This document shows, one piece after another, positions 9,698 to 18,966 of a stretch of 64,000 bases of DNA. Source of the stretch: Clostridia bacterium. GTDB taxonomy: Bacteria > Bacillota > Clostridia > Oscillospirales > CAG-272. The stretch spans positions 5,777 to 69,776 of the forward strand of contig CAAFYZ010000045.1 in the NCBI GenBank assembly GCA_900767415.1, in the 5' to 3' direction. How positions within the stretch are numbered: position 1 is the first letter of the stretch; every line of letters begins with the position of its first letter. Both the position numbers and the translations under genes were made by a program. The notes beneath the pieces are model-generated. The model saw nothing but the letters and a program-made list of their open reading frames with translations, did not search any database and was not told where the DNA came from.

Positions 9698-9726
9698 ATG
9701 GTATCATAAAACCGCCCTTTTGTCAA
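9698..9726 (-). promoter_or_regulatory. candidate promoter of the M42-mutY-pepT-malQ-esterase transcription unit
   Basis: On the minus strand: TTGACA (9726-9721), 17 bp, TACCAT (9703-9698). Confidence 0.45.
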
Positions 9727-9791
9727 TCGCGAAGGGCGAAAAAACCGTCTTTTTCGGGGGACGGGCGGAAAAATTCTTTTTGCGGTTTCTC

Positions 9792-9820
9792 TTGATTCCG
9801 TCGCGAAAATGCGGTATAAT
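9792..9820 (+). promoter_or_regulatory. upstream (distal) promoter in the cysK 5' region
   Basis: TTGATT (9792-9797), 17 bp, TATAAT (9815-9820). Followed by the small hairpin GCGCGT-tccg-ACGCGC and TCGTTTT at 9837-9859. Confidence 0.55.
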
Positions 9821-9910
9821 CATATCGGCACCGTTTGCGCGTTCCGACGCGCTCGTTTTCCGGGGAGTGGCGGAATGCTTTGAAAAAGTACGGATTTTTT
9901 TCAAAACCTC

Positions 9911-9939
9911 TTGACAAATCCGTCGTTCCGAATTATAAT
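9911..9939 (+). promoter_or_regulatory. proximal cysK promoter
   Basis: Perfect TTGACA (9911-9916), 17 bp, TATAAT (9934-9939). Confidence 0.75.
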
Positions 9940-9959
9940 ACTAACATACTATGTTGGTA
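9939..9959. promoter_or_regulatory. 21-bp near-perfect palindrome, candidate repressor operator (Rrf2/CymR-like?)
   Basis: TACTAACATA-c-TATGTTGGTA, with 9 of 10 arm positions complementary. It starts at the last base of the -10 box and so covers the expected transcription start. Confidence 0.4.
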
Positions 9960-9995
9960 GGTTGATAAACCGCCACGAAAACGGAGGAAAACAAT

Positions 9996-10925
9996 ATGTC
10001 GCACATCTATACATCTGCCGATCAGCTGGTCGGCAACACCCCCCTGCTCGAACTGTCGCATATCGAGAAGGAACTCGGACTGAAAGCGAAGATTCTCGCG
10101 AAACTCGAATATTTCAATCCCGCGGGGTCGGTCAAGGACCGTGTCGCCCTCGCCATGATCGACGACGCGGAGGCGAAGGGGGTTCTGACGCCCGAATCGG
10201 TGATTATCGAACCGACCTCGGGCAATACCGGTATCGGACTTGCCTCGGTTGCCGCCGCGAGAGGGTATCAGATCATCATCGTGATGCCCGAGACCATGTC
10301 GGTCGAACGCCGTCAGCTCATGAAGGCATACGGCGCGGAACTGGTACTGACCGAAGGGGCGCAGGGTATGAAGGGCGCGATCGCAAAAGCGGAAGAGCTC
10401 GCCCGTGAGATCCCGCACGCCTTTATCCCCGGTCAGTTTGTCAACCCCGCGAACCCGAAGGCGCACGAAGAGCATACGGGTCCCGAGATCTATGCGGACA
10501 CGGACGGGAAGGTCGATATTTTCGTCGCGGGCGTCGGCACCGGCGGCACGGTGACGGGTGTCGGGCATTATCTGAAGTCGAAGAATCCGAAGATCCGCGT
10601 CGTCGCCGTCGAGCCGAAGACCTCTGCGGTGCTTTCGACCGGCGTCGCCGGCAAACATAAGATTCAGGGCATCGGCGCGGGCTTTGTCCCCGACGTCCTC
10701 GATACCGGGGTCTATGACGAGATTCTGCCGGTGTCGGACGAGGACGCCTTTGAGGGCGGACGCCTTGTCGGCAGACGGGAGGGCGTGCTCGTCGGCATTT
10801 CTTCGGGCGCGGCACTTCATGCGGCGATCGAACTCGCAAAGAGAGAAGAGAACGCGGGGAAGACGATCGTCGTCCTCTTCCCGGATACGGGCGACCGCTA
10901 TCTTTCCTCGCCGATGTTTTCCTGA
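9996..10925 (+). CDS. cysK: cysteine synthase A (O-acetylserine sulfhydrylase)
   Basis: [16 protein letters not shown]-lysine motif, [24 protein letters not shown]. Confidence 0.95.
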   Translation: MSHIYTSADQLVGNTPLLELSHIEKELGLKAKILAKLEYFNPAGSVKDRVALAMIDDAEAKGVLTPESVIIEPTSGNTGIGLASVAAARGYQIIIVMPETMSVERRQLMKAYGAELVLTEGAQGMKGAIAKAEELAREIPHAFIPGQFVNPANPKAHEEHTGPEIYADTDGKVDIFVAGVGTGGTVTGVGHYLKSKNPKIRVVAVEPKTSAVLSTGVAGKHKIQGIGAGFVPDVLDTGVYDEILPVSDEDAFEGGRLVGRREGVLVGISSGAALHAAIELAKREENAGKTIVVLFPDTGDRYLSSPMFS

Positions 10926-11015
10926 TTTTTCTCCGACGGTTTTTCAAAAAGAGTCGGAATCCCGGTAAAAAACAAAGATTTATCTCATCATAAACCAAGT
11001 AAAGGAAACGAAAGA

Positions 11016-12113
11016 ATGAAGGTTCTTGTCGCGATGAGCGGCGGGGTGGATTCCGCCGTCGCCGCCAAACTTCTCGTAGAGGCGGGGCACGAATGTGTCG
11101 GCTGTACGATGAAGCTCTATCACAATGAGGACGCCGGGATTCCCGCGGCGCACACCTGCTGTTCGCTCGACGACGTGGAGGATGCGCGCGCCGTGGCGAA
11201 CCGCCTCGGTATGCCCTATTATGTTTTCAACTTCTCGGACGACTTCGGCGAGAAGATCATCGACAAGTTTATCCGCTCCTATGAGTGCGGCATCACGCCG
11301 AACCCCTGCATCGACTGTAACCGGTATATGAAGTTCGAAAAACTCTTCGACCGCGCGCGCGTTCTCGGGTGCGACCACATCGCGACGGGGCATTATGCGC
11401 GCGTCGGCTTCGAGAACGGAAAATACGTTCTGAAAAAGGCACTCGACCCGAAAAAAGATCAGAGTTACGTCCTTTACAACCTGACGCAAGAGCAACTCGC
11501 CCGCACGCTCTTCCCCCTCGGGGAGATCGGGAGCAAGGCCGAGACGCGCACGATCGCCGCGCAGGGCGGACTCGGCAACGCGGACAAGCCGGACAGCCAG
11601 GACATCTGCTTTGTCCCCGACGGGGATTATGCGAAGATTATCGAACTGCATACGGGGAAACCTTCGACCCCTGGCGATTACGTCGACGGGGACGGGAAGG
11701 TGCTCGGCAGGCACAAAGGGATCGTGCACTATACCGTCGGTCAGCACAAGGGACTCGGACTCCCGTTCCCCGAAAAAATGTACGTGACGAAGATCTGCCC
11801 CGAGAGCAATACCGTCGTCCTCGGCAGAGAAGAAGAACTTTACCGCGCCGACGCTGTGGCGGGAGAGGTGAACTGGATCTCGGGAGAAACACCGCAGACT
11901 CCCTTCCGGTGTCTTGCGAAAATCCGCTATCGCAAGCCCGAAGAGCCGGTGACGGTAACGCCGCTTCCCGACGGGCGGATCGCCCTTTGCTTCGACGCGC
12001 CGCAGCGCGCGATCACGCCCGGGCAGGCGGTCGTCCTCTACGACGGAGACATCGTCCTCGGCGGCGGTGTCATTCTCCGCGACACACAGACGGGAGAGGG
12101 GGCGGACGCATGA
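11016..12113 (+). CDS. mnmA: tRNA 2-thiouridine(34) synthase
   Basis: PP-loop VAMSGGVDSAV, CCSLDD, KDQSYVLY, PGQAVVLYD. Confidence 0.95.
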   Translation: MKVLVAMSGGVDSAVAAKLLVEAGHECVGCTMKLYHNEDAGIPAAHTCCSLDDVEDARAVANRLGMPYYVFNFSDDFGEKIIDKFIRSYECGITPNPCIDCNRYMKFEKLFDRARVLGCDHIATGHYARVGFENGKYVLKKALDPKKDQSYVLYNLTQEQLARTLFPLGEIGSKAETRTIAAQGGLGNADKPDSQDICFVPDGDYAKIIELHTGKPSTPGDYVDGDGKVLGRHKGIVHYTVGQHKGLGLPFPEKMYVTKICPESNTVVLGREEELYRADAVAGEVNWISGETPQTPFRCLAKIRYRKPEEPVTVTPLPDGRIALCFDAPQRAITPGQAVVLYDGDIVLGGGVILRDTQTGEGADA

Positions 12114-12532
12114 TTTCCACCCGCGGCAGATACGCGCTCCGCGTCCTGACGGATCTCGCCGCGCATCCGGGCGTCTATACCCCGATGCGCGAGGTCGCGG
12201 CAAGACAGGAGATCTCCTTAAAATATATCGAAAAGATTCTTCCTTCGCTGGTGAGCGGCGGCTTTGTCGAAGGGGTACACGGCAAGGGGGGCGGATACCG
12301 CCTTGCACGCGACCCTTCCGCCATTACCGTGTATGACGTTCTCCTGCTTGCGGAGGGGGATCTTGCCCCCGTTACCTGCCTGTCACGGGAGGCATCTCCC
12401 TGTCCCCGCGCCGCATACTGCAAGACGCTCCCCATGTGGAAAAAGTATGCGCAGATGACAAAAGAGTATTTTGAAAGCATTACGATATCCGATCTTGTAA
12501 ACACGGAGAGTGCCGGGGATTTTGTCATATAA
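12110..12532 (+). CDS. Rrf2 family transcriptional regulator with a three-cysteine putative Fe-S ligand motif
   Basis: MISTRGRYALRVLTDLA and SLKYIEKILPSLVSGGFVEGVHGKGGGYRL winged helix. C-x8-C-x5-C (TCLSREASPCPRAAYC). ATGA overlap with the mnmA stop. Confidence 0.85.
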   Translation: MISTRGRYALRVLTDLAAHPGVYTPMREVAARQEISLKYIEKILPSLVSGGFVEGVHGKGGGYRLARDPSAITVYDVLLLAEGDLAPVTCLSREASPCPRAAYCKTLPMWKKYAQMTKEYFESITISDLVNTESAGDFVI

Positions 12533-12622
12533 GTAAAGAAAGATTTACATTTTTGCAACAAATCAAAAGAATCGGAGAGAAAATATGAAGAAAACGACAA
12601 AGAGCATACGGGAGGAGAGAAG

Positions 12623-13318
12623 ATGATCGGGATCATCGGTGCGATGGCGTCGGAGGTTGACGCCCTGATTGCCGAACTTTCGGAGGCAAAGAGCGAGCGG
12701 ATCTCGGGCAGTCTCTTCACCACGGGACGCCTCGCGGGGGAAGAGGTCGTGATTGTCCGCTCGGGGATCGGTAAGGTCGCGGCGGCGACCGCCGCGGAGG
12801 CGATGATCCTCCGCTATGCGCCGACCCTGCTCGTCAACACGGGCGTCGGCGGCTCTCTGTCGGAAAACCTGTCGGTGACCGACATCGCGATCGCCGACCG
12901 TGCGGTGGAGCACGATATGGACACGACCCCCCTCGGCGACCCGCCGGGTCTGCTCTCGGGGATCGACGTCGTATATCTTCCGTCGGATGCGGACGCCGTC
13001 CGCGGGATACGGCAGGCGGCAGAGCACCTCGGGTATCGCACAGAGGTCGGCACGATCGCCTCGGGCGACCGCTTCGTCGCCTCTTCGGAAGAAAAGAAAC
13101 GAATCGTCTCCCTCTTCGGCGCGATCGCCTGCGACATGGAAGGGGCGGCGATCTCTCACGTTGCCTATCTGAACGGGACGCCCGCCGTCATCGTCCGTGC
13201 CATCTCGGACAGCGCGGACGGTTCGTCGCACATGGACTATCCCGCTTTCCTCGAAAAAGCCGCCGCGCGCTCTCACGCGCTCGTAAAAGAGTTTCTCCGC
13301 GCATACCGACATTTTTGA
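12623..13318 (+). CDS. mtnN: 5'-methylthioadenosine/S-adenosylhomocysteine nucleosidase
   Basis: MIGIIGAMASEV, SGIGKVAAA, CDMEGAAISHVA, IVRAISDSAD. Confidence 0.9.
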   Translation: MIGIIGAMASEVDALIAELSEAKSERISGSLFTTGRLAGEEVVIVRSGIGKVAAATAAEAMILRYAPTLLVNTGVGGSLSENLSVTDIAIADRAVEHDMDTTPLGDPPGLLSGIDVVYLPSDADAVRGIRQAAEHLGYRTEVGTIASGDRFVASSEEKKRIVSLFGAIACDMEGAAISHVAYLNGTPAVIVRAISDSADGSSHMDYPAFLEKAAARSHALVKEFLRAYRHF

Positions 13319-13389
13319 AAAAGCCGCCCAACGGGCGACTGTCGCCGCACGGAAAACGCCGTCCGTCGACCCCGCCCGGCATAAAAGCA

Positions 13390-13431
13390 CCCCCGCCCTC
13401 ATAGACTGTATCGAAAGGGCAGGGGGCTTTT
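13390..13431 (+). terminator. probable intrinsic terminator after mtnN
   Basis: CCCCCGCCCT...AGGGCAGGGGG stem (one bulge) followed by CTTTT. Confidence 0.5.
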
Positions 13432-13902
13432 ATGTGTTTGGAAAAGAAGGAACGGTCGGAAAAAGTCTATCGCGAGGAGGGCGTCGCACTCCTCGTTTTG
13501 TACAGGGAAGAGACACCCCTGCCTCCGCTCGGCTGTGCGCGCGCCGAAAAGCGTCTTTGCACATACGCACAGCGCCTTTGGCGGGAGGTCGTCGCCGACG
13601 TCGAAGGGGAGAGAGTCCCCGCTCTCCGCTTAGCGTATCGGGAGAACGGACATCCGAAAAAACGCTTTCTCACCCGCCCTCTTTGCATACGCTTCTCTCT
13701 AACGTACCGCCTGTCGGACGGTATTTTGTTTTTCCGACGGCAATACGAAGGCACACTGCGTTCCTGCACGGTTTTTTCTCTCGACGATACTCTGCGTTTC
13801 GATGCGGAAAACGGGTTTCTTCTCACAGAGAAGAAAAAGGGGAGAAGCAGGAAACAGCCGGCTCTCTCCCCGAAAAAAGAAATAAAAAGTAAAGAAAAGT
13901 AG
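13432..13902 (+). CDS. hypothetical protein
   Basis: A 156-codon ORF with G/C-rich third positions like neighbouring genes. No recognisable motif. The ATG sits in the T-tail of the preceding terminator and two other frames are also open here. Confidence 0.35.
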   Translation: MCLEKKERSEKVYREEGVALLVLYREETPLPPLGCARAEKRLCTYAQRLWREVVADVEGERVPALRLAYRENGHPKKRFLTRPLCIRFSLTYRLSDGILFFRRQYEGTLRSCTVFSLDDTLRFDAENGFLLTEKKKGRSRKQPALSPKKEIKSKEK

Positions 13903-16287
13903 TCAGCTTTCTTTATTTTCCGCCCAGAATTTATCAAGAAGCATTTTCAGCCCTTTGGCATCGCCGACGAATTTCAGTCCGCGCCAAAGTGCGGGAATGC
14001 TTTTTTTGTAGAGCGGATCGGCAAAGCGGTCGTCGATCAGAACGATGACGCCCCGATCTTCTTCCCGACGGATAACGCGCCCCCCCGCCTGCAACACGCG
14101 GTTCATACCGGGGAAGACGTAGGCATACGCCTTGCCCGCCTCGTACTTTTCGTCAAAATACGCGCACATGGATTCCCGTTCGTAAGAGACGGCGGGCATT
14201 CCCGTGCCGACGATGACCGCACCGATTAAGGAGTCTCCCGCAAGGTCGATCCCCTCGGAATAGACGCCCCCCGTCACGCAGAAGGCGACGAGGTAGGAAG
14301 GATCGGGAGCGCGGAAGGCGGCGAAAAAGGCGTCGGTATCTTCTTCCGTCGCGCCGCGCGTCTGTTCCAGCACACGGATCTTCGGATATTTTGTCCGAAA
14401 GGCGGCGGCGAGCGTCGCATTGTAGGAAAAAGAAGGGGTGAAGACGATATAATTCCCCCGCTTTGCCGAGACGGTGGCGGCGATCACACGGAGGACGGCG
14501 GGCAGGGTGCGCTCTCTTTCGGAGAGGCGGGTGCCGATCTTATCCATAATAGCGACTGCGAGCTGTCCGCGGTCGAAGGGGGAGGGGAGCGTCAGCGTCT
14601 CGTCCGCACCGTCCGCACCGAGCATGGCGCGGAAATAGGGCAGGGGCGAGAGCGTCCCCGAGAAGAAGACGGCGGAGTGCCCGAGGTCGAGACGGTCGGA
14701 GATCACGCGCCCCGTATCGACGCAGAAAAGTTTCATTGAGAGCCGCCCGCTCTCATAAAAGCAGAACGCCTCGTACCGCTCGTCGAAGTACGAAAGAATC
14801 CTGTGAAAGCGACGGACCGTCCCGTAATAATTCCGCAGTGCCGAGAGTTTTTCTTCTTTTCCTTCCTCCTTGGAAGAGAGGGTGAGAAAGATCTCTTTTT
14901 CGGTCGCCGCGGCGAGCGTATCGAAGAGAGGATAGATCCGCGCGGGCAACTCTCTTGTATGGATGGCACCCACCTTTTCGCCGTCTTTTCCCTCCCGCAC
15001 CTCGGAGGCGAGAAGGGGATAGACGATCGCACGGAAGGTCTCTGCCGCCTCTTTCGTCGCATGGCAGAGTGCCGCGTGCTCCCCGAGGGGCAGGGCGGCA
15101 CCCGCGATCTCCTCTTCCGAGATTTCTGCCGAATACATGGCGGCGGCGCGCTCGGGCAGGTTGTGCGCCTCATCGACGAGAAAGGCGTAATTCCCGCCGT
15201 CGGTGAAAAAGCGTTTCAGATACACGAACGGGTCGAAAAGATAGTTGAAGTCGAGGATCACGACGTCGGCAAGTTCCGCATAGGCAAGAGACAGCTCGTA
15301 CGGACAGACGCCGAACGCCTCGCCCGCCCGTCGGAGTTCCGCCATGCCGACGGCGGGGTGTCCTTCTTTGTAAAGGGAGAGGGCGGCGTCGGCGAGTTTA
15401 TTCACCTTCGCGAGAGGACAGGCGGCGCGCCCCGTACGGCAGACGGTGTGCCGCGTGCAGACGTGCTCTTTTGCCGAGAGGGTCACGGCACGGAGCACGG
15501 CGCCCGCTTGCGAAAGGTCGCGGAGGCAGTCCTCCGCCGCTTTTGCCGTCGTGCGCTTCGGCGTGAAATAGAAGATCTTGTCGCACCCGCCCGCCGCCAT
15601 CGCGCGCAGAGCGGGGTAGAGGGCGGAGACGGTCTTTCCCGTCCCCGTCGGTGCTTCGGCAAAGAGTCTGCCCCCGCGCTTTACCGTCCGGTACACCGCG
15701 TGAATGAAGTCCTCCTGTCCCTCCCGCATCTTCCCGTACGGGAAGCGGAGAGCGGCAAAAGAAGGAAGGCGCACCGTCACCCGTTCGATTTCGGGGAGGG
15801 CATATTTTTCCAGGGCAAGACGGCATTTTTCAAAGAAACTCTCCAGTTTCTTTTTCGTTACGGTCTCGACGCTCTCATACGTCTCTCCGGTCGCCGGGCG
15901 AAAGTAGAGGAAGGAGAGAGTGAGAGAGGTCGCCCCACCCTCGGAGAGAAGGGCGAGCGCCGCGACGTACGCCTCTCCCCGCGCCTCGGCGACGAGTTCT
16001 TTCCCGGGGTGGGAGGGCGTCGCATCGCAGGGGACGGCGAAGAAGAGACGATCCCCGTCGACACGGTCGGCGACGGCGCGCACGAGTGCGGGATACCCCC
16101 CGAGCGAAAAGGAGAGGTCGGCGGATACGGGTGCGTACCCGTCGAGGAACGCCACCTTCGGCGAGGTGTCGCGCATCTCCGGCTCGTCTTCTTCAAACGG
16201 GAGCGTCTCGGAGATGCCCCGCCTTGCCCGCGTGATAAATTCCCGCGCGCTCATTTTCAGAAGATTCTTTTCTTTTTCGTACCGCAT
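13903..16287 (-). CDS. DinG/XPD (Rad3)-family ATP-dependent DNA helicase with Fe-S domain and an extra N-terminal ~175-aa domain
   Basis: Walker A AEAPTGTGKT, DEAH box VDEAHNL, four Fe-S cysteines (CTRHTVCRTGRAACP...GVCPYE), C-terminal helicase motifs (VIRREEDRGVIVLIDDRF). AAGGAGG RBS. Confidence 0.8.
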   Translation of the reverse strand: MRYEKEKNLLKMSAREFITRARRGISETLPFEEDEPEMRDTSPKVAFLDGYAPVSADLSFSLGGYPALVRAVADRVDGDRLFFAVPCDATPSHPGKELVAEARGEAYVAALALLSEGGATSLTLSFLYFRPATGETYESVETVTKKKLESFFEKCRLALEKYALPEIERVTVRLPSFAALRFPYGKMREGQEDFIHAVYRTVKRGGRLFAEAPTGTGKTVSALYPALRAMAAGGCDKIFYFTPKRTTAKAAEDCLRDLSQAGAVLRAVTLSAKEHVCTRHTVCRTGRAACPLAKVNKLADAALSLYKEGHPAVGMAELRRAGEAFGVCPYELSLAYAELADVVILDFNYLFDPFVYLKRFFTDGGNYAFLVDEAHNLPERAAAMYSAEISEEEIAGAALPLGEHAALCHATKEAAETFRAIVYPLLASEVREGKDGEKVGAIHTRELPARIYPLFDTLAAATEKEIFLTLSSKEEGKEEKLSALRNYYGTVRRFHRILSYFDERYEAFCFYESGRLSMKLFCVDTGRVISDRLDLGHSAVFFSGTLSPLPYFRAMLGADGADETLTLPSPFDRGQLAVAIMDKIGTRLSERERTLPAVLRVIAATVSAKRGNYIVFTPSFSYNATLAAAFRTKYPKIRVLEQTRGATEEDTDAFFAAFRAPDPSYLVAFCVTGGVYSEGIDLAGDSLIGAVIVGTGMPAVSYERESMCAYFDEKYEAGKAYAYVFPGMNRVLQAGGRVIRREEDRGVIVLIDDRFADPLYKKSIPALWRGLKFVGDAKGLKMLLDKFWAENKES

Positions 16288-16341
16288 ATCCGCCTCCTTT
16301 CCGCCGACGCAACCCGATCGCCGACGATTTTTTCGTTTTTC

Positions 16342-16370
16342 ATTATATCACATCTTCCCCCGTGCGTCAA
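16342..16370 (-). promoter_or_regulatory. promoter of the helicase gene
   Basis: On the minus strand: TTGACG (16370-16365), 17 bp, TATAAT (16347-16342). Confidence 0.65.
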
Positions 16371-16415
16371 GGAAGAAAAGGAAAAAGAAACCGTCGGAAA
16401 GCGGGGCGGGACGGC

Positions 16416-16444
16416 TTGACATTTCATGGCGCGCGTGTTATAAT
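16416..16444 (+). promoter_or_regulatory. promoter of the HD-MATE-DUF212 unit
   Basis: Perfect TTGACA, 17 bp, TATAAT. Confidence 0.75.
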
Positions 16445-16476
16445 TATTATCAGCGCAAAAAAAGGAGGTGACGCCC

Positions 16477-16980
16477 ATGATGACACCGGAGGAGCGGGCA
16501 CAGTTCCTTGAGATTCTCTCTCCCGTTCTCTCCCACCCGAAGGTCAGGGAGATGAAAAACTATATCCAGCACGGGAGCGTTACGACCTACGACCATTGCA
16601 TGGCGGTTGCCGAGGCGTGTTTTCTGCATGCGAGACGGCACCCGAGAGCGCACCTCGACGTCCCGTCGCTTGTGCGCGCCGCGTTTCTTCACGACTTTTA
16701 TCTTTATGATTGGCATACGCCGGGGGACGGCACTCATCGCTTTCACGGGTATCGCCACGCACGGCGGGCGATGGAGAACGCACGGGCGATGTTCGGCATC
16801 TCCGATGCGGAGGCGGCGATGATCTTCTCCCATATGTGGCCGCTGAACCTTACGCGTCTGCCGAAGACGAGAGAGGCATGGGTGCTTACCCTCGCCGACA
16901 AGAAGATCTCTTTTCTCGAAACGCTCACGCAAAGAAAAAATAAAAAGAAAGCCAAACTCCCGGAGAAAAAGGTCCTCTGA
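16477..16980 (+). CDS. HD-domain phosphohydrolase
   Basis: H...HD signature (TYDHCMAV..., AAFLHDFYLYDWH). Start set at ATG 16477 (AAGGAGG 8 nt upstream); the ORF-track GTG at 16468 lies inside the RBS. Confidence 0.7.
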   Translation: MMTPEERAQFLEILSPVLSHPKVREMKNYIQHGSVTTYDHCMAVAEACFLHARRHPRAHLDVPSLVRAAFLHDFYLYDWHTPGDGTHRFHGYRHARRAMENARAMFGISDAEAAMIFSHMWPLNLTRLPKTREAWVLTLADKKISFLETLTQRKNKKKAKLPEKKVL

Positions 16981-17012
16981 GAGGGACGCTTTTTCTCAAA
17001 GGAATATCTGTG

Positions 17013-18389
17013 ATGAAGAGAAACAAAGAAGTTGACCTCACCGAAGGTCCTCTGTTCAGAAAAATCATTCTTTTCGCCCTTCCGCTGATCGCGACGAACG
17101 TGCTGCAACTGCTCTTCAACGCGGTCGACGTCGCGACGCTCGGTATGTTCGTCAGCGATGCGGCGGTGGCGGGCGTCGGCTCGACGGGCGCACTCGTCAA
17201 CCTGATCGTCAGTCTGTTCGTCGGCGTTTCGACGGGTGCGAACGTCCTTGTCGCGCGCTATGTCGGACGCCGGGACGCAGAGCACGCGCACCGCGCCGTC
17301 GGCACGGCGGTCGTTGTCTCGGTCGGCTTCGGCGTTCTGCTCGCCGTGATCGGCTGGTTCTGTTCGTATACCTTCCTCGAATGGATGGAATGCGATCCCG
17401 AGGTCATCGACCTCGCGGCGAAGTATATGCGCATCTATTTCCTCGGTATGCCGATCATCATGCTCTATAACTTTGCGGCGTCCATTCTCCGCGCGGTCGG
17501 CGATACCGTGCGCCCTTTGATCTATCTTGTCGTCGGCGGCGTCGCCAACGTCCTGCTCGACATTTTTTCCATTGTCGTCCTCGGCTTTGACGTCGAGGGC
17601 GTCGCGATCGCGACGGTCGCCGCGCAGCTCATCTCCGCGATCCTCGCCATCATCGCCATGACGCGGGAGACGGGATACGCGAGACTCGAAAAGCAGTATC
17701 TGCGCATCGACGGTCCCGAGCTTCTCATCATGATGAAGATCGGCGTGCCGGCGGGACTGCAGGGCTGTGTTTTCAGCATCTCCAACGTTCTGATTCAGTC
17801 GACGATCAACTCCTTCGGCAAACTCATGGTGGCGGGCAGTACGATCGGGAGCCAGATCGACGGCTTCATCTATACGACGATGTACGCCGTCGCCCTTGCC
17901 GCTCTCTCGGTCGTGAGCCAGAACCTCGGGGCGGGGAAGATCGACCGCGTCCGCTCGGCGGTGCGTTGGTCGATGGTCATTACGGTCGGGGTCGGTCTTC
18001 TTGTCGGCGGCGCGGCACTTCTGCTTTGTGAGCCGATCGCCGCGATGATGTCGCGCGATCCCGTCGTTATCGAATACGCCTGCCTGCGGATCGGGATCCT
18101 CGCGAGCACCTATTTCCTCTGCGGGATCATGGACGTGTTCGGCAACTCGATGCGCGGTCTCGGAGAATCGACCCTTGCCATGCTGATCTCCCTCTTCGGT
18201 AACTGCGTGATCCGTGTCATCTGGGTGAAGACGGTCGTTACGATCCCCGCCTACCATACCCCCGAGATGCTCTACATCATCTATCCGATCTCTTGGGCAC
18301 TGACCGCTCTCGTCTATATCCCCTTCTATTTCAGAAAGATCGGAAAACTCAAGAAAAAAGCCGCTCTCGACGCCGTTCTGACGGCGTAA
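17013..18389 (+). CDS. MATE family efflux transporter
   Basis: 12-TM profile, with N-terminal LTEGPLFRKIILFALPLIATNVLQLLFNAVD typical of MATE/NorM. Confidence 0.9.
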   Translation: MKRNKEVDLTEGPLFRKIILFALPLIATNVLQLLFNAVDVATLGMFVSDAAVAGVGSTGALVNLIVSLFVGVSTGANVLVARYVGRRDAEHAHRAVGTAVVVSVGFGVLLAVIGWFCSYTFLEWMECDPEVIDLAAKYMRIYFLGMPIIMLYNFAASILRAVGDTVRPLIYLVVGGVANVLLDIFSIVVLGFDVEGVAIATVAAQLISAILAIIAMTRETGYARLEKQYLRIDGPELLIMMKIGVPAGLQGCVFSISNVLIQSTINSFGKLMVAGSTIGSQIDGFIYTTMYAVALAALSVVSQNLGAGKIDRVRSAVRWSMVITVGVGLLVGGAALLLCEPIAAMMSRDPVVIEYACLRIGILASTYFLCGIMDVFGNSMRGLGESTLAMLISLFGNCVIRVIWVKTVVTIPAYHTPEMLYIIYPISWALTALVYIPFYFRKIGKLKKKAALDAVLTA

Positions 18390-18413
18390 AATACGGCACG
18401 GAGCAGAAAACGA

Positions 18414-18908
18414 ATGAACATCATTTACGATTTTTTCCACAACCATCTTCTTTGGACGGCACTTGCCGCCTTCCTTATCGCACAGACGATAAAATTCTTT
18501 ATCAACTGGGCGGTGGATAAGCGCCCGCACATCACCCGCCTCTTCGGCGACGGGGGGATGCCGAGCGGACACTCCGCGACCGTGTCGGCACTTGCCGCCA
18601 TGACCGGATACACGACGGGATTCGACCGTCCGCTTTTCGCCATCGCGATGGTCCTCGCGATCATCGTCATGCACGATGCCAAGGGCGTGCGCCGCGAGGC
18701 GGGGAAGCAGGCGACCTCCATTCTCCTTCTTTTCGAAACCCTCAACAAACTTCTGACGACCAAAGACAAGATCGAACAGGAAGAAAAACTCAAGACGCTT
18801 GTCGGGCACAGCCCCCTTCAGGTCTTCTTCGGCGCGCTGCTCGGCATCGCCGTCGCCGCGCTGTACGTCGTGATCTTCGGCGTCGGGCCGCTTTGCTATG
18901 CGGCGTGA
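18414..18908 (+). CDS. divergent PAP2 family membrane protein (DUF212, acid phosphatase/vanadium haloperoxidase-related)
   Basis: GGMPSGHSATVSALA and IVMHDAKGVRREAG motifs. Confidence 0.8.
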   Translation: MNIIYDFFHNHLLWTALAAFLIAQTIKFFINWAVDKRPHITRLFGDGGMPSGHSATVSALAAMTGYTTGFDRPLFAIAMVLAIIVMHDAKGVRREAGKQATSILLLFETLNKLLTTKDKIEQEEKLKTLVGHSPLQVFFGALLGIAVAALYVVIFGVGPLCYAA

Positions 18909-18966
18909 CGCCTGCCTATCGAAAATCAAATTTTTTATTATAATATAAGAAAAAGAGGAAAGACGC

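Noticed and set aside
9700-9995. Possible T-box or S-box (SAM) riboswitch upstream of cysK.
   Set aside because: I searched by eye for the T-box core (AAUUAGGGUGGUACCGCG-like) and the SAM-I core. Neither is present, and the leader from the proximal promoter is only ~55 nt.
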